64,000 nt of DNA from an uncultured Verrucomicrobiota bacterium (GTDB lineage Bacteria > Verrucomicrobiota > Verrucomicrobiia > Limisphaerales > DTLC01): the NCBI GenBank assembly GCA_964555645.1, contig CAZKTA010000001.1, positions 282,263 through 346,262 on the forward strand. Reading direction: 5' to 3'. The translations under genes and the position numbers were made by a program. The notes under the pieces are model-generated. The model was not told the origin of the DNA, made no database searches, and saw nothing but the letters and a program-made list of their open reading frames with translations. Below, piece after piece: positions 1-8,459 of this stretch (within the stretch, counting starts at the first letter, position 1; each line of letters begins with the position of its first letter).

Positions 1-965
1 TATGCGATCCCGCATGCGTTGCGTGCGCGTTGCAGGACTTCGCGTGCTGTTACGCGTGCTTTGGCTGCGCCTTCGCGCAGGATCGCGTGAACATAATCAA
101 GATTTTTCTGCAGTTCAGCCCTACGTTTGCGCGCATCGGCAAAGTATGCCCAGTAGTAGTCGAAAAGCACTTCCTTGAGTTTGCCATAGCCAAGCCCACC
201 TGTACGAAGGCGGTCTTCGTATTCTTGGGCAACATCTGGTGGGGCAACGAGCTTGAGCAGTTTGATTACCAGGTTCTGGGCTGCGTCAGGTTTGGGTACC
301 TCGGGCGCGCGGCTGTCGGTGACAATTGACATGACCTTTTTGCGCAGCGTTGTTTCCTCGCCAAAGATCTCGATTGTATTGCCGTAGCTTTTGCTCATTT
401 TCTGGCCGTCTATGCCTGGCACCTCGGCCACTTCTTCACGGATCAGCGGCTCGGGCAACACAAACGTCTCACCGTAAATCCGGTTCCATTTGTCGGCTAT
501 GTCACGTGTCATTTCCAGATGTTGCTTTTGGTCCTGGCCAACCGGCACGATGTTCGAGTCGTAGATCAAAATATCAGCTGCCATTAACACTGGATACGCA
601 AACAAGCCGTGATTTGGGGAAATGCCCTTAGCGGTTTTGTCCTTGTAGCTGTGAGCGCGTTCGAGCAGGCCCATCGGCGTGACGGTAGATAGCAGCCAGG
701 TCAGCTCTGTGACCTCTGGCACGTCTGATTGCTTAAAGAAGACTGCCTTTTGGGGATCAAGCCCGCACGCAAGAAAATCGAGTGCAACCTCGATAGTGTT
801 TTTGCGCCTTTCGTCGGCGTTGAACAGCGATGTCATCGAATGCAGGTCGGCGATGAAATAGAACGCCTCGCCTTTATCCTGCAGTTCGATGGCGGGCTTC
901 ATCATGCCAAAGTAATTGCCAAGGTGCAGTGCACCTGACGGTTGTATGCCAGATAAGATTCTCAT
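1..965 (-). CDS. trpS: tryptophan--tRNA ligase (3' end runs off the window start)
   Basis: Hand translation of the minus strand from the ATG at 965 gives MRILSGIQPSGALHLGNYFG (HIGH-type motif) and later DGQKMSKSYGN (KMSKS). The frame stays open to position 1, so it is absent from the ORF track. Confidence 0.9.
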   Translation of the reverse strand, partial: MRILSGIQPSGALHLGNYFGMMKPAIELQDKGEAFYFIADLHSMTSLFNADERRKNTIEVALDFLACGLDPQKAVFFKQSDVPEVTELTWLLSTVTPMGLLERAHSYKDKTAKGISPNHGLFAYPVLMAADILIYDSNIVPVGQDQKQHLEMTRDIADKWNRIYGETFVLPEPLIREEVAEVPGIDGQKMSKSYGNTIEIFGEETTLRKKVMSIVTDSRAPEVPKPDAAQNLVIKLLKLVAPPDVAQEYEDRLRTGGLGYGKLKEVLFDYYWAYFADARKRRAELQKNLDYVHAILREGAAKARVTAREVLQRARNACGIA

Positions 966-1047
966 GCCGGCCTGAAAGCTTAGTGATTAGCGCCTGACAC
1001 GCAAGCCGGTGTTTTGCATTACGACGGGTGCGCCAGGTTGAAGTTGC

Positions 1048-2070
1048 ATGTTTGTTGTTGGGCGGCTAATTGTTTGGGTGGCAATTGTGAGCACTGACGC
1101 ACAAATCCTGGCGGCGTTGCGTTCCGCCGGCCCGAACGGTGTATCCGGAGTTGAACTGGCACAGCGGCTCGGCATTAGCCGCGCAGCCGTTTGGGCGCGA
1201 ATCGAGGAACTGCGCAGGCTCGGTTACGAAATAGAGGCAAGCCCGGTCCACGGCTACAGGTTATTGAACTGGCCGGATTTGTTGCATGCAGACGATTTAC
1301 TTGCTCGACTTGGTAAGACGCGTGTTGTAGGACGCGACATTCGCGTGTTTGAGCAGACCACGTCAACTAGCGATGTGGTCGAGAAACTCGCGCGGGATGG
1401 TGTGGCCGAAGGCGTTGTTGTGTTTGCCGAGGCACAGACATCTGGGCGCGGCCGGCTCGGGCGCAAATGGTTTTCGCCGGCGCGCAAGGGGCTGTGGTTT
1501 TCGGTTCTGCTGCGCCCACCGTTGCGGCCACAACAAACAACACAATTGACAATAGCCGCTGCAACTGCGCTTGTGCGGGCTATCAAAGCGCAAACGGCGC
1601 TCCAGCCTGAAATCAAGTGGCCAAACGACATCCTGGTCCGGGGCAAAAAAGTGGCCGGTATCCTCACAGAGTTGAGCGCTGAGCTGGACCGCACCAAGTA
1701 CGTTGTGCTCGGCGTCGGCATTGACGTGAATGTAAGCGCAAGAGAGTTTCCCGCTGAGCTGCGGCAGCTTGCCACATCGCTCAGGGTCGAAACCGGGCAC
1801 TTGATAGACCGCGCCGAGCTAGCCACGCGCCTGTTACGCGAGCTTGATGGGGATTATTTACGTGTGTGCGCGGGTGAGTTTGAGGTGATAGCAGACGAAT
1901 GGGCGCGGTATTGCACGACACTTGGCCGGTACGTCGTAATTCGGATTGGCGAGCGCAGCGTGGGAGGACGCGCCGAATCACTTGCGCCCGACGGGGCGTT
2001 GCTGTTGCGCACCCAACACGGGCACATCGAGCGTGTCATTGGAGGGGACGTGACCGTCGAAAAGCAATGA
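1048..2070 (+). CDS. birA: bifunctional biotin--[acetyl-CoA-carboxylase] ligase / BirA repressor
   Basis: N-terminal HTH (GVSGVELAQRLGISRAAVWARIEELR) and the BirA signature GRGRLGRKWFSP. An alternative in-frame GTG start lies at 1087. Confidence 0.9.
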   Translation: MFVVGRLIVWVAIVSTDAQILAALRSAGPNGVSGVELAQRLGISRAAVWARIEELRRLGYEIEASPVHGYRLLNWPDLLHADDLLARLGKTRVVGRDIRVFEQTTSTSDVVEKLARDGVAEGVVVFAEAQTSGRGRLGRKWFSPARKGLWFSVLLRPPLRPQQTTQLTIAAATALVRAIKAQTALQPEIKWPNDILVRGKKVAGILTELSAELDRTKYVVLGVGIDVNVSAREFPAELRQLATSLRVETGHLIDRAELATRLLRELDGDYLRVCAGEFEVIADEWARYCTTLGRYVVIRIGERSVGGRAESLAPDGALLLRTQHGHIERVIGGDVTVEKQ

Positions 2071-2341
2071 GTCCAGGTGCCACGCAAACTTTGCCGAAGC
2101 CGGGGCAGCAAGCCTGCGTGGGGTGCTGCGCTGTTTTCCTGGACCCGGACACACAGGTTAAAGTTCTAGTGAAACAAGTGAGCTTGCATGCGCAATACCG
2201 GGTTGTCTGCTCTCCAACCTCAAGCTTCGCAAAAGGCGCGCTTTCCGGTGCTGCCAGGCTTGGTATTCTGCCGCGGCCGTGTGGCGTTGCCTCAGCGAAG
2301 CGACTCTACCAATTCAGTCTTTCAACACTAAAGTAAAACGA

Positions 2342-3100
2342 ATGGTTCTGCTTTTGGATATAGGCAACACCAACACCCATGTCGGACTTGCAGACACGAC
2401 GCATGTGCGAAAACGCGCTGAGTTCCCCACCAACGCGTGGTCAACCCGGAAAGGCGAGCTGTGCCTGAAAAAGTTTACGGGCAACACACAACTTGAGGGA
2501 GCAGCCGTATGCAGTGTGGTGCCGCACGCAACCGAGCGGGTGTTTGCCGTGCTGCGCCGGTTAACCTCCGGCACAATCCTCAAATTGACGGCACGCACGG
2601 TGCGGACGACACGCATTGATTATCCGAACCCAAACAAAATCGGGCCGGACAGACTGGCAAATGCAGTAGCCGCATTGCACAGGTTCGGTGCGCCAGTTGT
2701 TGTTATTGATTTTGGCACAGCAGTGACAATTGATGTCGTGGATGCTCGGGGCTATTACATTGGCGGCGTGATTGCGCCCGGGCTAGCTGCGCTGACAGAT
2801 TACATGCACGAGCGCACCGCTTTGCTGCCGCGAGTGCGATTCCGGTGTGTTCGGCGCGCAATTGGGCGCAGCACGAAAGAAGCTATGCTGCTCGGTGCGA
2901 CCTACGCGTTGACCGGGCTAGTACGCGAGGCGTTACGCGGCATCAGGCGTCAGCTGAAAACGAGCCGGCTACGTGTAGTTGCCACAGGGGGCTGTGCAAA
3001 GTTAATTTGCCCCAACCTGCCCGAGGTAACCGCAGTTGTGCCCGAGCTGACCTTGGATGGGTTGCGGGTCGAGTGGTACGCGAACTGGCTTGAAAGCTGA
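2342..3100 (+). CDS. coaX: type III pantothenate kinase
   Basis: Starts MVLLLDIGNTNTHVGL (DxGNT motif). It lies within ORF 2279..3100, and the internal ATG at 2342 fits the family N-terminus. Confidence 0.9.
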   Translation: MVLLLDIGNTNTHVGLADTTHVRKRAEFPTNAWSTRKGELCLKKFTGNTQLEGAAVCSVVPHATERVFAVLRRLTSGTILKLTARTVRTTRIDYPNPNKIGPDRLANAVAALHRFGAPVVVIDFGTAVTIDVVDARGYYIGGVIAPGLAALTDYMHERTALLPRVRFRCVRRAIGRSTKEAMLLGATYALTGLVREALRGIRRQLKTSRLRVVATGGCAKLICPNLPEVTAVVPELTLDGLRVEWYANWLES

Positions 3101-3121
3101 AGCGATCAACACAACACTGTC

Positions 3122-3997
3122 GTGCGCATGAACCGTATCATTGGCCGGTTTGCTCGACTCAAAAGTGAGGGCCGTAAAGGACTCATCATTTACATAGGCG
3201 CGGGTGATCCGAACTTGGAAGCCACGCGGCGGCTTGCACTTGCGTTCGACCGTATCGGCGTTGACGTGCTCGAGCTGGGTGTGCCATTCAGTGACCCGCT
3301 TGCAGATGGGTTGGTTAATCAATTGGCTGCGCAACGTGGGCTGGCGTCTGGGACTACACCGCCTAAGGTGCTTGAGGCTGTTGCCCGAATCCGGCGTGAG
3401 TCGCAAATACCAATCGTGCTTTACATCTATTTCAACCTAATGCACCGGTACGGCCCCGAGCGGTTCGTAACAGATGCTGCAGCGGCTGGTGTTGACGGGT
3501 TGCTCGTGCTCGATTTGCCGCCGGAAGAGGCCGGGCAAGTCGAGGCGGCGATGCGCAGGGTTGACTTGTGCAATATTTATTTGGTAGCCCCCACAACACC
3601 CGAGCGGCGCATCGAGATGATTGTCAAGCGGGCCACTGGGTTTGTGTATTACATCTCGCGCGAGGGTGTGACCGGCATGCGCGACACGCTGCCGCCGGAC
3701 CTGCCGGCTATGATCGGTAAGATACGAGCGCATACGTCGTTGCCAATTGCTGTCGGGTTCGGTATTTCTACATCCGAGCAGGCACGCGCAGTGGCGGCTC
3801 TGGCCGATGCAGTTGTGGTCGGTAGTGCTGTGGTAAACCGGATCGCACAATGCGGCAACTCACCCGAGCTAGAGCAACGCGTGGTTGAGTTTACGAAACC
3901 GCTTGTTGAAACTGTCAAATCCGTGGGCGCGCACGGATGTAATCCCGGTTGTAACGGAGCAGTTGCGGGACAGGGAAAACTTGAGCAACGCAGGTGA
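3122..3997 (+). CDS. trpA: tryptophan synthase alpha chain (no adjacent trpB)
   Basis: Motif LELGVPFSDPLADG and the overall TrpA layout, plus a roughly 30-aa C-terminal tail. Confidence 0.9.
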   Translation: MRMNRIIGRFARLKSEGRKGLIIYIGAGDPNLEATRRLALAFDRIGVDVLELGVPFSDPLADGLVNQLAAQRGLASGTTPPKVLEAVARIRRESQIPIVLYIYFNLMHRYGPERFVTDAAAAGVDGLLVLDLPPEEAGQVEAAMRRVDLCNIYLVAPTTPERRIEMIVKRATGFVYYISREGVTGMRDTLPPDLPAMIGKIRAHTSLPIAVGFGISTSEQARAVAALADAVVVGSAVVNRIAQCGNSPELEQRVVEFTKPLVETVKSVGAHGCNPGCNGAVAGQGKLEQRR

Positions 3998-4014
3998 ACA
4001 AATGGAGGCAAGAT

Positions 4015-5652
4015 ATGCGAAATATGACCTTGCTTGTTTTGGGCGTGATGATCGGACGAATGGTGTTTGGCCAAAATCAAACTAGCATTGAATCGGGCGC
4101 CACAGCTACACAGTATCCGATAGCTCCCGGACCGTTCGAGCCTAGTTGGGAATCGCTAACCAACTACAGTTGCCCCGAATGGTTCCGGGACGCCAAGTTC
4201 GGCATTTGGGCGCACTGGGGCCCACAGTGCCAACCCGAACGCGGCGACTGGTACGCGCGCAACATGTACATCGAGGGTCACTCACATTATAAACATCACG
4301 TAGCCACATATGGTCACCCCTCCAAGTTCGGCTTCAAGGACATCATTAATCAATGGAAAGCGGAAAAGTTTGACCCTGACAAACTGTTGGCGTTTTATAA
4401 GCGGTGCGGTGCGAAGTATTTCATGGCACTGGCAAATCATCATGACAACTTTGACAATTGGAACTCCAAATACCAGCCTTGGAACTCAGTTGCGATTGGC
4501 CCCAAGAAAGACCTCATCGGCGCATGGGCCAAGGCGGCCCGCAAGCATGGCTTGCGCTTCGCCGTTAGCGTGCACGCATCGCATGCATGGTCGTGGTACG
4601 AGCCTGCCCAGGGCGCAGATAAACGGGGCGAATACGCTGGTGTACCCTATGACGGTAAGCTTACCAAAGCTGACGGCATCGGCCAGTGGTGGGAAGGGTT
4701 GGACCCGCAAGACCTGTACGCGCAAAATCACCCCCCTGGCGAAAGACTTGTCTGGGAATGGGACCCTGCCAAGGGCAGCAGTGTCCCTGACGAAGCCTAC
4801 ATGCGTAAGTTTTACATGCGGACCAAACAGTTATGGGACGATTACAGGCCGGACATGATTTATTTCGACGATACCGTGCTGCCGTTCCATGGTGTGACGG
4901 ATGCAGTCGGGCTGCACCTGGCGGCGCATTTCTACAACACGAGCATAAAATGGCACGGCAAAAACGAGGCGGTCGTGACCGGCAAGCACCTCAAAGGAAT
5001 GCAGCGCCGCGCGCTTGTGTACGACATCGAACGCGGACGTGCAACCGATATCATGGCTGAGCCGTGGCAGACCGACACTTGCATTGGACATTGGCATTAC
5101 GACCGCGACCTGTTCATCAATCACAAGTACAAAACCGCTGCGCAAGTCATTCCGATGCTCACCGATATCGTGAGCAAGAATGGTAACCTGATGTTGAGCG
5201 TGCCGGTACGCGGCGACGGCTCGATTGATGAAGACGAAGTAAAAATTGTCTCGGACATTGGTGCATGGCTGCGGGTCAATGGCGAGGCGATTTACAAGAC
5301 GCGGCCATGGAAAATCTACGGTGAAGGCCCAGCAACAAAAGTTACCGAGCGCGGCCAGTTCGACGGTTTGCGCGACGTTTACTCTGTGCCATTGACAGCT
5401 CAAGACATCCGGTTCACGCAGTCGAAGAACGGTAAAGTTCTGTACGCAATCGTGCTTGGGTGGCCTGACAACGGGCAGGTGACCATAAAAGCACTTGCGC
5501 AAGGCTCGTCCTATTGGCCAGGTCCTGTCAAACGCATTCGAATGCTCGGTGTGCCTGGCAAATTGCGGTTCTTCCGGGATGAGACTGGACTGACCGTGAG
5601 CTTCCCGGCCAAGAAACCGTGCGAGTTCGCTTACGCACTCAAGATCGAGTAG
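4015..5652 (+). CDS. secreted alpha-L-fucosidase, GH29-like
   Basis: Signal-like N-terminus MRNMTLLVLGVMIGRMVFGQ, then AKFGIWAHWGPQ and KYFMALANHHDNFDNWNS, which are typical of GH29. Confidence 0.8.
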   Translation: MRNMTLLVLGVMIGRMVFGQNQTSIESGATATQYPIAPGPFEPSWESLTNYSCPEWFRDAKFGIWAHWGPQCQPERGDWYARNMYIEGHSHYKHHVATYGHPSKFGFKDIINQWKAEKFDPDKLLAFYKRCGAKYFMALANHHDNFDNWNSKYQPWNSVAIGPKKDLIGAWAKAARKHGLRFAVSVHASHAWSWYEPAQGADKRGEYAGVPYDGKLTKADGIGQWWEGLDPQDLYAQNHPPGERLVWEWDPAKGSSVPDEAYMRKFYMRTKQLWDDYRPDMIYFDDTVLPFHGVTDAVGLHLAAHFYNTSIKWHGKNEAVVTGKHLKGMQRRALVYDIERGRATDIMAEPWQTDTCIGHWHYDRDLFINHKYKTAAQVIPMLTDIVSKNGNLMLSVPVRGDGSIDEDEVKIVSDIGAWLRVNGEAIYKTRPWKIYGEGPATKVTERGQFDGLRDVYSVPLTAQDIRFTQSKNGKVLYAIVLGWPDNGQVTIKALAQGSSYWPGPVKRIRMLGVPGKLRFFRDETGLTVSFPAKKPCEFAYALKIE

Positions 5653-5786
5653 TAGGTTCGTTAAGCTAGTCTAACAGTGCGCGCGTAGCAGAGATTTAAA
5701 ACCGGCCAGCAAAGGGTTCCCCGGGCCGATGGCTAGGTAATACAGTGAGTGGTATCTGTGCTGTCTACAGTTAAGGATAGTGTACC

Positions 5787-6077
5787 TTGACCGGCTGGTG
5801 TGGCCCTGTTAAACTTCAGTCGGTGACTAGGGGAGTGACAGTTGAGTTGCCGGAAGAAGTGGTGTGGAATTTTGGCAGCGACGAAAGTCGGTTCGCCCGA
5901 GAGCTGCTTGAAACGGCAGTAATCAAATGGTATGAAAAGGGCCGCATCTCGTCCGGCAAGGACGCTGAGTTGCTTGGCATCGGCCGTGCCGATTTCCTCG
6001 ATCTGCTGCTTTGCCACAAGGTTTCTCAGTTCCAATCCACGCCAGAAGAATTGCAACAAGAACTGAAAGGTGCCTGA
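5787..6077 (+). CDS. UPF0175-family antitoxin-like protein
   Basis: VTVELPEEV...ELLGIGRADFLDLL pattern. It overlaps the downstream PIN-like ORF by 8 nt. An in-frame GTG at 5823 is a possible true start. Confidence 0.7.
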   Translation: MTGWCGPVKLQSVTRGVTVELPEEVVWNFGSDESRFARELLETAVIKWYEKGRISSGKDAELLGIGRADFLDLLLCHKVSQFQSTPEELQQELKGA

Positions 6078-6563
6078 ATCTCGGGTCATCAACACCTCGC
6101 CAGATATTTTGCTCGCAAAGGTTGGTTTGCTGGGGCTCGTGCCCCCGATTACTGCGAAGCTAGTAATCTCTAAGCCCGTGTCAGGCGAAATCTTGGGCGC
6201 CAGCGGCGATGCCGCTGCGACACGCCGGCTCAACAGGGCCGGAAGCCAATTTGTGCAACGTGCTGTGCCGGAATTACCAGTCATTGCCAGCTATGAGATT
6301 TGCGGTGGGGATTGCGCTGTTCTATCTTGGGCTGTGGCGCATCCTGGATTCGTTGCGGTGGTGGATGATCGTTTAGCGCAGGCTTTTGTCACAAGCCTTG
6401 GGATTAGAGTTGTGGAGATGTTGAGGGGGTGTCTGCCGGTTGGGAAAGCCCGGGCTTGTTTCTGAAGCAAAACCTCATCTACTGCAGATTTTGGAGTCTG
6501 ATGGTTACATCAGTGACGAATTATTGCGCAAAGTACTGCTTGTTGTAGGGGAAGTAATATGAA
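6070..6563 (+). pseudogene. DUF3368 (PIN-like) toxin, apparently frameshifted in a G5 run
   Basis: Frame 1 ends ...GIRVVEMLRGCLPVGKARACF* at 6465. Shifting frame at GGGGG (6425-6429) gives GVCRLGKPGLVSEAKPHLLQILESDGYISDELLRKVLLVVGEVI* (stop at 6561-6563), which matches the usual DUF3368 C-terminus. Confidence 0.6.
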
Positions 6564-7689
6564 AACTAAAACCGATGCCAAAGACCGTTTTGTGATCATA
6601 ATGGCAGGTGGACGCGGCGAACGGTTCTGGCCATTGAGCCGCGAGACGCGCCCGAAACAGTTGCTCGCATTGGTGGGTAACAAAACACTGTTGCAACAGG
6701 CACTTGACCGTGTGTTACCGCTTGTGCCGGCCAAGAACGTCTTCGTAATTACGAACCAGGTGCAGTTACCCGAAGTAGCCCGACATGTGCCAAAGGTCCC
6801 GAGATCAAATCTGATCGCAGAGCCGATTGGGCGCGATACTTGTGCTGCAGTCACGCTAGGCGCGGCGTTAGTCGGCGCACGCAGCACAACCGCAGTCATG
6901 GCAGTGCTGCCTGCCGACCATGTGATCCCCGAAGAAAAAAAATTCCAACAAGTGCTCGCAGATGCTTTTGATCTGGCCTCACGCGGGCAGGCAATTGTGA
7001 CGATTGGGATTAAACCCACCGAGCCAGCCACAGGTTACGGGTACATCCGTGTGGGTGCGCCATTGCCGCCCCCGACAGGTGCCAGATATAAGACGGCGTT
7101 TTACAAGGCTGAGCAGTTTGTCGAAAAACCTAACTTCGACAAAGCGCTCGAGTACCTCCAAAGCGGCCAGTACAGGTGGAACGCGGGCATGTTTATTTGG
7201 AACTTTGTGACAATTACCGAAGGGTTGCAAAAGCATCAGCCCGAAATGTACGAGGCGTGTCGGCGGTGGTTCGAGCTTGCTACAAAGCCAAGCAAGCTGG
7301 CGAAGCAGCTCGAAAAGGATTACCCGACGCTAAAGAAAATCTCGATTGACTACGCGCTAATGGAACATGCCCAGAACGTCGTTGTAGCGGATGGCAACTT
7401 TGCCTGGGACGACCTCGGGTCATGGACGGCACTTGCACGACACATCAAGCCCGATGCCGAAGGCAACTGCGCCGTGGCAGATTTCGTCCATGTTGACGCA
7501 GCGCGCAATATCATTTTTGATGCGCGCACAAAGGCGCATCGCACGCCAATTGCTGTGGTTGGCCTGCGCGATTCGATTCTGGTGCAGACCGATGACGCGG
7601 TCTTGCTTGCGCACAAGAGCCAGGCGCAGAAGGTCAAAGAGCTGGTCAAAAAACTCAGCCAGGACACGCGGTATAAAAAGTTGATCTGA
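6559..7689 (+). CDS. manC: mannose-1-phosphate guanylyltransferase (nucleotidyltransferase only, no PMI domain)
   Basis: MAGGRGERFWPLSR nucleotide-binding motif near the N-terminus; 376 aa. Confidence 0.85.
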   Translation: MKTKTDAKDRFVIIMAGGRGERFWPLSRETRPKQLLALVGNKTLLQQALDRVLPLVPAKNVFVITNQVQLPEVARHVPKVPRSNLIAEPIGRDTCAAVTLGAALVGARSTTAVMAVLPADHVIPEEKKFQQVLADAFDLASRGQAIVTIGIKPTEPATGYGYIRVGAPLPPPTGARYKTAFYKAEQFVEKPNFDKALEYLQSGQYRWNAGMFIWNFVTITEGLQKHQPEMYEACRRWFELATKPSKLAKQLEKDYPTLKKISIDYALMEHAQNVVVADGNFAWDDLGSWTALARHIKPDAEGNCAVADFVHVDAARNIIFDARTKAHRTPIAVVGLRDSILVQTDDAVLLAHKSQAQKVKELVKKLSQDTRYKKLI

Positions 7690-8060
7690 ACCGATACCCG
7701 CCTGTAGCTGCGCTTGTTAGAGTGCACGAATTCGAGCCGGTAACTTTTTCCCGAATTTACAGGATTTACAGGTCGGTTTGGATTCAGAACGGGCAGCGCT
7801 GGTGAGTTGGCCGCGCGCCTTTGGGGCATGAACGGGAACATTCTGTGCCGCAGCTTATTCCTAGCATCCGTAAAATCACCGCGGGCTGATAGCCCACCGA
7901 AGACAGGCTGAGAGCCTGTGCCACCCGGCGCGACTTGTTTTTTCAGGTTTTGTGGTCTGCGTGCTGGCGCGTGCAGCTACAGATTGGCAGCTGGTTGCGC
8001 AAAAAAATTGGCTGGTAACGCAGCCCGGAAAGATTCAATTTGATTCCTGCAATCCGGTTT

Positions 8061-8372
8061 ATGCGGTACACATTGGTCAAGTACACCGTTCGGCCCGAGA
8101 AAGTGGGCGAAGTAAAAGGTGCCATGCGCGAGTTTATTGCTGAGGTCAGCAAAAACGAGCCCAAAACGCTCTTTTTGGTTTTTCGTGCTGCTGACGGCAA
8201 CACGTTTTACCACCTAATGCGGTTCGAAAACGAGTCAGCGCGGCGCAAACATAATCAGTCAAAGTACAACGCGCACTTTGTGAAAAAGCTCTATCCGAAT
8301 TGCGTAGGCAGACCACAGGTAACCGAATTGCGCATGATTGAATCCACCAAGAAACAATGGCAATTGGCATGA
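8061..8372 (+). CDS. ABM-domain (antibiotic biosynthesis monooxygenase-like) protein
   Basis: A roughly 100-aa ferredoxin-like protein: MRYTLVKYTVRPEKVGEVKGAMREFIAEV...FYHLMRFENESARRKH. The start was chosen at an internal ATG of ORF 8040..8372. Confidence 0.6.
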   Translation: MRYTLVKYTVRPEKVGEVKGAMREFIAEVSKNEPKTLFLVFRAADGNTFYHLMRFENESARRKHNQSKYNAHFVKKLYPNCVGRPQVTELRMIESTKKQWQLA

Positions 8373-8459
8373 GCAAGTCTAGCAGCCAAGCTTGCCTTGG
8401 AGACGTTCCCGAAGGGTTTGCACGGCGGTTTTTCGCGCGTTAATTTTACAACTCAGACC

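Noticed and set aside
2105-2140. Hairpin GCAGCA-N13-TGCTGC followed by GCTGTTTT after birA as a terminator
   Set aside because: The stem is only 6 bp with a large loop and an interrupted U-tract. It is too weak to report as a feature, although the 270-nt birA-coaX gap is somewhat long.
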